Positions 34,311-43,229 of a stretch of DNA of 43,229 nt are shown piece by piece. Location of the stretch: NCBI RefSeq assembly GCF_001194135.2, contig NC_069003.1:4574529-4617757 (forward strand), in the 5' to 3' direction. The notes under the pieces were generated by a model. It was not told the origin of the DNA. It did not search any database and worked only from the letters and a program-made list of their open reading frames with translations. The translations under genes and the position numbers were made by a program. Within the stretch, counting starts at the first letter, position 1. Each line of letters opens with the position of its first letter. The stretch comes from Octopus bimaculoides (Eukaryota).

Positions 34311-36074
34311 GTGTACTCCTACTTATATTTCGTGTTCTACATCATCAATGGATTGGGAAGGATCATTGGATTGGCAGAAGCGACAGAGCGTCGGACTCGT
34401 AGCTCGATGCTATGTAGTTACGTCCCCTTACGTTTCGAGTTCGAATCACGCCGTGGTCGGCTTGGCTTTGCTATTCTTTTTCTGTCCGTAAGGTGAGCGT
34501 AGTGTTGGTGGTAACAGCCGTAGTGATCGATAAAATGATAAATTTCTATAAAGATATACCGGGTCTTGGTTTATTGTTTCTATAAAGTATTTCGAAGATT
34601 TGAAATGAGTTGTAATATAACATCAGACACGTCTGTTGATATTACGAGATTCATTGGCGTTAATAATTTAATTTTTATTATTATTATTATTTATTTTCCC
34701 CCTAAACTGGAATTGAAAAATTAGAAGGTGGAGTAGAGAGAAGGGGGGTCTTAACCCATGTCCCTTAGAAGGCCAACAATTACCACGACGACAAAAACAA
34801 CGATATCTGTAAACAAACGATTGTCACTTTCATGGACAACATGACAACGAACTAACGACGAAGAAAGATGTCTCGACGTATTAGATATAGCAGCCGAACC
34901 TCCTTCAAATCACAAAACCTACTGACCTTACTACATCCAGTCTTAAATATATAAATAAATAAAGATTCCAAGTTTTGGCACAAAGCCAGCAATTTCGAGT
35001 GAGGGGTGAGTAGTAGTAGTAGTAGTAGTAGCAGCAACAGCAGCAGTAGTAGTAGTAGTAGTAGTAATTCATAATGGTTAATGTTTATAATCGTTTCTAC
35101 TAAAAGCACAAGGCTTGCCAGAAATTTGGTTTGAGGGGGATTGGTCGATTATATCGATCTCCAGTGTATCACTGGTACTTAATTTTATCGACCCCCCGAA
35201 AGGATGACCTGGCAAAGTCGACCTCGGCGGATTTCGAAATCGGGACGAGGAATAATAATGATAATAATGGTTTCGAATTTTTGGATCAAGGCCAGCAATT
35301 TCGGAGGAGGAAGTAAGTAGTAATAGTAGTAGTAGACAGCTGGCATATTGGAAAATTTACAAAAGACTGGATGGCTACCACTGAAACGGACAGCCTTTTT
35401 TTAAGCAGCATGAGAAGCTGTGGGGGTGGGATTCGACTAGAGCAGGGATGACTGAAGGCTAATCACCATGATCATTATCATCATCATCATCAACAACAAT
35501 GGCATAAGCTTAATTCCACCCCACCCCCCTCTTCACTCTTTTATCATCATCATCATCATCGTATTCCTGTGTTTATAACTACTTTTATTGGACTATATAG
35601 TCATTAGTGTAATGGTGTACTAATGCAGATCCTATGATCAAAGCCTTCCACTCGTGACCACCACGTATTCTGTTCAGTCATAGTATATCTAGGACTACAT
35701 TGTCTGATGTGTCAATTCCCACCTCTCTCAATACAAGATGGTGTGCTGTGATATATGATTTGGGGGAGGTTAGGCTGCTGTTTCTAGCAGTTTGATTGAC
35801 CGCCTTGATGATTATCTCATTGGCTAGTGTTTATGTTGTGGGCATGTGTGTGTGTGTGTGTGTGTTGTATATGTTGTGTGTGGGTGTGAGAGGGAGAGAG
35901 AGAGAGAGAGAGAGAGGCTGAAGTAGAGAGAGTTGTGTCTTATGTTGTGTGTGTGTTACCACGTTCATAGCGGCATGATAACAACAGATAGGAGTTAATC
36001 CACAATAACGCAAAAAAAAAAAGAAAAAAAAGCTCTCATCAATATCTATGTCATGTCCATACACTCAACCCCAC

Positions 36075-36480
36075 CATCAACAACAATACGGTCGTCGACA
36101 ACAACAATATCATTATCAGCAACACCACCACCACCACCACCACCAAACAGCTACATCACCACCAGCCTCACCAACACTCCTAGCATTAACGCCACTGGCA
36201 CCACCACTACCTCCCCATAATCCCGCTCGCTGTCATCAAGAATAATACCATCACCACCACCACCACCACCACAATCAGCAGCACCATCACCACCATCATC
36301 AACATTCGACATCAACACCACCATCATCACCACCACCACCACCACCNNNNNNNNNNNNNNNNNNNNNCCACCACCACCACCACCACAATCAGCAGCACCA
36401 TCACCACCATCATCAACATTCGACATCAACACCACCATCATCACCACCACCACCACCACCACCATTAACATCGCTACTAT
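36075..36480. repeat. (CAC/CAT/CAA)n low-complexity tract
   Basis: Direct inspection. About 95 nt is repeated either side of the gap at 36347-36367. Confidence 0.9.
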
Positions 36481-36618
36481 CACCAAAATCTGCCCCTCCC
36501 CCACCTTCACTCCATGATATCCTCATTAACCAAGGTGGTGAGCCGGCAGAATCGTTAGTACACCAGGTAAAAATGCTTCGTGTATATATGTTTATATATA
36601 TAAATTGATATGTGCCAT

Positions 36619-37630
36619 CATGATCATCATCATCATCAACATTTAACATCCATTTTCCATGCTGGCACGGTTTGGATGGTTTGACTGGGGACTGGCAAAC
36701 CAGGAGGCTGCACCAGGATCCAATCTGATCTGGCAAGGTTTCTACAGCTGGATGACCTTCCTGACGCCAACCATTCCAAGAGTGTAGTGGGTGCTTTTTA
36801 TATGTCACTGGCATGGGTTCCATTGAACTGGCACCGATATCAGCCACGACTACAGTCTCAGTTGGCATCACAGGTTTTCTCAAGCACAGTTTATCTTCAA
36901 AGGTCTCAGTCACCTTTCACTGTCACCATGTGACCAATGCTCAAATGGTGCTTTTCACATTTCACCGGCCTGGGTGCCAGTCAGATGGCACTGCCATCAA
37001 CCATAACTATGATTTCACTCGACTTGACAGGTCTTCACAAGCACAGCATATCACGCAATGTTTGAAAGGGGTTTAAACGGGCGAGTTACACGACACTGGC
37101 ATCGGCCACTATTTTGATTTCACTTGGCTTGACGGGTCTTCTCAAGCATATCGCCAAAGGTCTCGGTCACTTGTCATTGCCTCTGTGAGGTCCAACATTT
37201 TGAGACTGCGTTTCACCACCTCGTCCCATGTTTCGCTGTGTCTGGCTCTTCCACAGGTTCCTTCCACCATCAGATTGCGACACTTCTTCACACAGCTCTC
37301 CTCGTCCGTACACATCACATGACCATACCAGCACAGTCGTCTCCCTTGCACACCACATCTGATGCTGATTATGCCTGACTTTTCTCTCCGGATGCTTATA
37401 CTCTGTCAGGCATGCTAGCTTCCTTTCTTACAAGCCTACGCATGTCCTCAGCACTGCCGTGCAGCATGGCTGTTCGCACATAGGCATCATACAGTCTGCC
37501 TTACACTCTGAGTGAGAGGCCCTTTGTTACCAGTCAAGGTGGGAGCTCTCTGAAGTTTGCCCAGCCAATTCATATTCTAGCAGCTACTCTCTTGGAGCAT
37601 CCCCCTCTGCTACTGACCTGGTCAACTAGG
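36619..37630 (-). mobile_element. 5'-truncated RTE-clade LINE, 3' end with (GAT)n tail
   Basis: Minus-strand peptide RRLCWYGHVM...VEGTCGRARHSETWDEVV...MTSDRDLWRYA is typical of the RTE/BovB ORF C-terminus. It is followed by a 3' UTR ending ATGGAAAATGGATGTTAAATG(TTGATGATGAT). Confidence 0.85.
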
Positions 37631-37644
37631 TACCAAAAGCTATT

Positions 37645-37860
37645 TATTTCTTTATTGCCCACAGGGGGCTACATACAGAGGGAACAAACAAGGACAGACA
37701 AAGGGATTAAGTCGATTATATCGACCCCAGTGTGTAACTGGTACTTATTTAATTGACCCTGAAAGGATGAAAGGCGGAATTTGAGCTCAGAACGTAATGG
37801 CAGACAAAATACCACTAAACATTTCACCCGGTGTGCTAACGTTTCTGCCAGTTCGCCGCT
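37645..37860 (-). mobile_element. SINE family A copy at the 5' end of the RTE fragment
   Basis: Same 3'-tail subfamily as 2152-2385 (ATTGCCCACAGGGGGCT..GGACAGACAAAGGGATTA). Confidence 0.8.
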
Positions 37861-38899
37861 ATTGACTTCTTCTAGTTACCTCCCCCCCCCGTAACTTAGC
37901 GGTTTGGCAAAAGAGACTGATAGAATAAGTACTAGGCTTGCCAAAATATGAAATTAATATATGTGAATGTATGTATCTTCCAAGTTTTGCATAGGGGCCA
38001 GACATTTTGAAGATAAAGACCATGAGCTCTGTGATTTTTAGGCTCTGTATTAATTTATTTTGTTGTAGATTTTTCTAAAACTTGACTTCGATAATTATCC
38101 TCTCATCTGTTTGAATGCAAGAATTCAGTTGAACAGACCAGAAATTCCTGGACCTTTTGAAGAACATCATTATCTTTCTAAAACATTTTATCTAAAACAT
38201 AATGAAATTCCATGTGGCTGCATTTATCTGAGGCACTCACGAAGCTAGACAAGAACAGGCATTGATGCTTATGTACGCATGCACACACACAAACACAAAC
38301 ACATGCGAATGTATATATGTAGATGTATGTGCGTTAATGGAAAATTTGGTGGGTTTCTTTTTTATAGTTATTGCTTTCACTTTCATTTTCTCTTTGCAAT
38401 GGTGGTTGGGAAGATCTGTGTCATTGAGCAAACTGTAGTATTAGCTGTGTAACATATACATATATATAGATAGATAGATACATACACATACACACATATA
38501 TATTCATACATACATACATATATATATACACACACATATACACATTCATACATGCACATTATATATATGTATATATATATATGTATTAGTACATATATTA
38601 GGTTTTGAGTGAATGAATGAAACAGTGGATAAATAAACAACATTACCTGCTATTGAAGAATGTATGTCTTGCATGGAGATAGTCAAACAACCCTTTGTGT
38701 GTATAGTGGTTTAGTAATGAAAATATGACAGCTATATAAACCCATTATGCTCACCTATCTGCCCCCTGCTCAAACAACAACAACCAGCGAAGGACATTAA
38801 GCTGTTCAAAGATCTATCTTTTGTATCTGCAGGAAATTGTCAGCGAGCTAATGTTAGCAGGACCTGGTTTGTGGTGACAAACTAGCNNNNNNNNNNCAT

Positions 38900-39667
38900 T
38901 TTGTGAGAAGAGATGAATCGATTAGTTTGACCCAGTGTTTCATTGGTGCTTAAATTATAGACCCCGAAAGGAGTTCATAGGATGAAAGGAAAAATCGATC
39001 TCGAAAGGATGTAAGGAAAAGTCAGCTTCGGCGGAATTTGAACTCAGAATGCAATGACGGACGAAATACCGTTGAGCATTTCGCCCGGCATGCTAACAAT
39101 TCTGCCAGCTCGCTACCTTAAATAATAATAATAATAATAATAATAATAANNNNNNNNNNAATAATAATAATAATAATAATAACAATAATAAAAATTTCTG
39201 CAATAATAATAGAGAAAGGGAGGTTTATGTAGAAACATGAAGAGTATGACGAAACAGGCATCATAAGTAATGACGACAACAATGAATCAATAATAATAAT
39301 AATAATAATGATAATAATGATAACGGTTTCAAATTTTGCCACTAGGGCAGCAATCTTGGGGGAGGCGATGAATCCCTTCCCCCAAATTTGGGTTGTTGTG
39401 CTTCCAGTTGAAAGGATTATTATGACTGTCTGGAGTGGTGAAACTGGCAGAATCATTAACACATTGGAGAAAATTGCCATTAAGCATTTTGCCTGTGTTT
39501 CACATTCTGAGTTCAAATTCTGCTGAGGTTGGCTGTGCCACTTGTCTTTTCAGGGTCGATGAGTTAAGTACCAGTTGAGCACTGGGGTCAATGTAAGTGA
39601 CTAGTGTCCGCCCACCCACTGCAAAATTTCAGATCTTGTACCTGTAGTAGATAGAAAGAATTTGTCG

Positions 39668-39701
<34 letters not shown>

Positions 39702-39943
39702 GATTGTTAAGGCTGCAAGCTGACAGATCGTTAGCGCGTTGGCAGAATCGTTAGTGCGCCGGACGAAATGCTTAGCAGCATTTCGTATGACTTTACATTC
39801 TGAGTTCAGATTCTATCGATGTCAACTTTGCCTTTCATCCTTCCGGGGGTCAATAAATTAAGTACCAGCTATGCACTGAGATCGATGTGATCAACTAGTC
39901 CCCACCCCAACAAATTTGAGACTTTGTACCTCCAGTAGAAAGG

Positions 39944-39999
<56 letters not shown>
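38900..39999. mobile_element. Family-A SINE cluster with (TAA)n/(CAT)n/(TTA)n spacers
   Basis: Minus copy 38900-39120; plus copies about 39425-39660 and 39708-39945, the last with an (ATT)n tail to 39999. Confidence 0.75.
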
Positions 40000-40000
<1 letters not shown>

Positions 40001-40677
40001 CGTTTGACTTTTGCTTTACATTTGTACAAGTTGGCTCCAAGTCTCACCCAGAGACCTCAAGAGACAACAAGTTAGAAGTTCATGTTGGTGTTATGCTTAG
40101 GGTGCCATATATTTGGTTTTGTACATAGTATTGTTCTAAGGAATGCTTAAGAAACCATAAGGAAATTATGAGTTTGTTCTAAAATTTGAGATTACATAGA
40201 CAGTATTTTGTCTAGGATATGGGCAGTTCCCATGAGCACTATCTTTAGAATTTCTATCATTTTGGTATTTCCTGGTATCTGAGCTAGATAACAATCAGCC
40301 CCTTTTGCTGTCATTCCCAGGGCACCTATGACAATAGGTATTGTTTTCGTCTTCAGATTCCACATTTTGCTAATTTCTATTTCAAGATCTTTATATTTGC
40401 TCAGTTTTTGGTAGGTCTTGACAGATACGTTTATATCAATTGGGACAGTCATATCAATGAGGAGGCATGATTTTTGTCTGCAGTCTNNNNNNNNNNTTGG
40501 TAGGTCTTGACAGATACGTTTATATCAATTGGGACAGTCATATCAATGAGGAGGCATGATTTTTGTCTGCAGTCTTTCAATATAATGTCTGGCCTATTTG
40601 CATCTGTCTTTCTGTCAGTTTGAATGGTGAAGTTCCAGAGGAGTGAGATGTGATCATTTTCAAGCACTGGAGGTGGT
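40000..40677 (-). mobile_element. 5'-truncated R4/Dong-type non-LTR retrotransposon with restriction-like endonuclease (RLE) domain
   Basis: LLWNFTIQTDRKTDANRPDIILKD...LLIDMTVPIDINV..K..KYKDLEIEISKMW...IPIVIGALG shows the PD..D/E..K RLE signature. Flanked on both sides by (TTA/TAA)n. About 80 bp is duplicated across the 10-N gap at 40487-40496. Confidence 0.85.
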
Positions 40678-41389
40678 TTATTATTATTATTATTATCTAT
40701 TTATTAAAACAATAGTACCTTCTTGACTACGTTTAGTGTCATATTTGAAATTATGGAAGAAAATTTATGATATAATCAAATGGATGGAACATTTAGTCTT
40801 TTTGACTGAAATAATTCCAAACAAGGCAAATAAATCAAAGACTGTATTTCAAGCAGGAAGAAAAAAACACGGAAAATGTAAATAAAAAAATTAAAAAATG
40901 GATGTTAAGCGTAGACGAATGAAGAAGAAGAACCAGAAAGGACAAAGCTGGCTCTGGTTGCTAGGGACGTCACCAGGGAAGAAGAAGGAAGGAAAGATGT
41001 ATGCGAATGTGAGTAGGAAGAATGTTAGGGTGGTGGGAAAGGAGGAGGAGAGCGAGGAAATGATAGAGAGAGAGAGAGAGAGAGAGAGTGTGTGTGTGTG
41101 ATGTCACAGTAAATTATCAAGATAATGACAGCAGGTGTGGTGTGTGTGAAAGGTGGTGTGTGTGTGTGTGTGCAAATAGAGAAATAAAGATACTAAATGA
41201 GTCAATAAGAGCAGGAGGAGGAGGAAGAGGAGGAGGGGCAAGTGACAGTCTTCCCTGTTTGTTCCTGGTTCTAATTGATATCTCCTCTGTTCTTTTCCTG
41301 CCTGTTTACATAGCAGTGCTGACCAAGGGGCAAGGGGAGAGGTGGCTTGTTTCCACTGTGTGGGTGTGGGTGTTGGTGTGTGGTACTTG

Positions 41390-41565
41390 CTTGTGTGCTG
41401 GTGTGTTTACGTCCCCGTGACTTAGCGGTTCGGCAAAAGAGACCAATAGAATAAGTACTAGGCTTCCAAAGAATAAGTCCTGGGCTCGATTTGCTCGACT
41501 AAAGGCGGTGCTCCAGCATGGCTGCAGTCAAATGACTGAAACAAGTAAAAGAGTAAAAGAGAGTA
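41390..41565 (+). mobile_element. SINE family B, 3' half
   Basis: Near-consensus GCTGGTGTGTTTACGTCCCCGTGACTTAGCGG...AAGTAAAAGAGTAAAAGA. Confidence 0.8.
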
Positions 41566-42002
41566 TATNNNNNNNNNNNNNNNNNNNNNNNNNNNNNNNN
41601 NNNNNNNNNNNNNNNNNNNNNNNNNNNNNNNNNNNNNNNNNNNNNNNNNNNNNNNNNNNNNNNNNNNNNNNNNNNNNNNNNNNNNNNNNNNNNNNNNNNN
41701 NNNNNNNNNNNNNNNNNNNNNNNNNNNNNNNNTATATATATATATATATATATATATTGAATTTCATATAATTATATACATACTTATATGTATGTATGTG
41801 TGTGTGTGTATATATGTATGTAGCATCATCAAAGTCCATTTTCTATGCTGGCATGGGTTAGACAATTATGTATATATGTGAATGTGTGTATATCTATGTA
41901 TGTATGTGTACATGAATATGTCTATGTCTGTGTGTGTGTATACGTATGTATATACATGCACTTTTATATGTATATATATATATCTAAATTTATTTTATGC
42001 AG

Positions 42003-42137
42003 GCCTCTTACACAGCCAACTTATTCATGACCGGAATGCCATTTGCCGAGTTCGACTACGATGTGGTGAACGAGGAGAATGGTGGTCCACAGCCTTATTC
42101 TGCTACCGAAGCCTCTTACAGACCAGTTATACTGAAG
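42003..42137 (+). CDS. ACP6: ACP6-like coding exon 2 (missed by the ORF track): ASYTANLFMTGMPFAEFDYDVVNEENGGPQPYSATEASYRPVILK
   Basis: Acceptor TTTATTTTATGCAG and donor AAG|GTGAGT. 135 nt, phase 0 to 0. Resembles ACP6 VEWNPQLL...[29 protein letters not shown]. Confidence 0.88.
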
Positions 42138-42685
42138 GTGAGTACTGTGTAAATATACGCATTGAATGGCAGGGGTTGCGGGTTTGGTACAACGACAAGC
42201 ACCCCCCCTCCCCCGCATCTTTCATCGTCTTCCTGAAGTGCATTATGAGTAAGTGTCTTCTAGGTGGAGGCACGTTGCTTAGTGATGTGTTATTTTCCTT
42301 GAGCAAAACTCTCTCCATTTCATGTTGCTCCTGATCGTTCAGCTGACAAAAGTGAGTAATCCTGTGATGGGCTGGCGTCCCATCCAGGGGTGAATATCTC
42401 CACCGTGGAAACCAGGAAACCGGGCCCCTAAGAGTTTATGACGCGGGAAGGATCTATATCTCGTCTATCAAAGTGCCTTCTGCTATAACCTCAGGTCAAA
42501 CGAAGCTTTGTGAATGAAGCAAATTGCCTGGAAGCTTGTTAGAAAGATTGTATTTGTAATTAGTAGCGACAGCTTCATCATGCACTGTGTAATTAACAGT
42601 GCAGGTGTCTGGAATAATGCGGTTGCTAATTGTGTTAGAGGAAGTAGGTAATTGCACTTGTGCAGAATGCAAGTGCGACTTAGTG

Positions 42686-42850
42686 TAGGCGCAGGTATAG
42701 CTGCGTGGTAAGAAGCTTGTTTTCCGACTACATAGTTCCGGGTTCAGTTCCAGTGCATGGCATCTTGGGCAAGTGTTTTCTGCTTTAGCCTCAAGCCGAC
42801 CAAAATTTGTGAGTGGATTTAGTAGATGGAAACCGAAAGAAGACCATCAT
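42686..42850 (+). mobile_element. SINE family B, 5' half
   Basis: GGCGCAGGTATAGCTGCGTGGTAAG..GGGTTCAGTTCC..CTTGGGCAAGTG. Confidence 0.75.
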
Positions 42851-42859
42851 ATGTATATT

Positions 42860-42963
42860 TATATCTCTATCTATCTATCTATCTACTTATATATTTCTGT
42901 CTGTCTATCTATCTGTCCATCTGTCTGTCTATCTATCTGTCCATCTGTCTGTCTGTCTGTTTG

Positions 42964-43018
<55 letters not shown>

Positions 43019-43024
43019 GTCTAT
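42860..43024. repeat. (TATC/TGTC)n tetranucleotide microsatellite
   Basis: Direct inspection. A similar tract is at 29320-29620. Confidence 0.95.
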
Positions 43025-43046
43025 CTATCTATCTATCTGTCTGCCA

Positions 43047-43229
43047 TGTGGTTGAGAAGCAAACTTCTTAGCACACAGCCATGAGTGTATCTGATCAACA
43101 AAGCATTCAAATAATTTATGTGTGAAGAGTAAATCCACTGAATGACAGCTCGGAAGTTAGTCGTCTCGACAAGGTGACCGAGAAGACTTGCAATGCAGAG
43201 CTAGGTCAATGAGTGAAGCCATCAAGGTT
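43047..43229 (+). repeat. 183-bp direct repeat, copy 2 (runs to the window edge)
   Basis: About 96% identical to 28871-29053. Confidence 0.95.

Noticed and set aside
36048-36510. His/Gln/Val-rich ORFs
   Set aside because: (CAC/CAT)n low complexity with no splice support.
38069-38248. Open frame after a TTTTGTTGTAG acceptor in ACP6 intron 1
   Set aside because: No donor before the stop, and the true exon 2 homolog is at 42003-42137.

Overview
Eukaryotic, AT-rich, repeat-saturated draft-assembly DNA with 13 N-gaps. The SINE families and microsatellite load point to a cephalopod, probably Octopus (inference). Two spliced protein-coding genes lie head-to-head. (1) Minus strand: a strongly divergent Cdc20/Fizzy-family APC/C coactivator. 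I can assemble four phase-checked exons by hand (17940-17622, 15547-15410, 9485-9283, 4717-4507). One internal exon and the 3' exons are not visible. It keeps the C-box (DRYIPFR) and its own KEN box, but the Mad2-binding KILR motif reads NVLP, the CRY box is replaced by a basic NLS-like stretch, and the KEN-receptor GGNDN loop reads GGDDG. This is the best candidate for something undescribed: a possibly checkpoint-insensitive or meiosis-type coactivator. (2) Plus strand: an ACP6-like histidine acid phosphatase (exons 33347-34138 and 42003-42137, RHGARTP motif) with a long N-terminal extension built from a 21-nt coding minisatellite. The rest is SINEs of at least four families, RTE and R4/Dong LINE fragments, MITE and Helitron-like pieces, and microsatellites. 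Other notable items are an 86-nt pre-miRNA-like hairpin at 24397-24482 and a 183-bp 96%-identical direct duplication. No CRISPR, rRNA or true tRNA gene is supported. All alignments were done by eye, with no database search.
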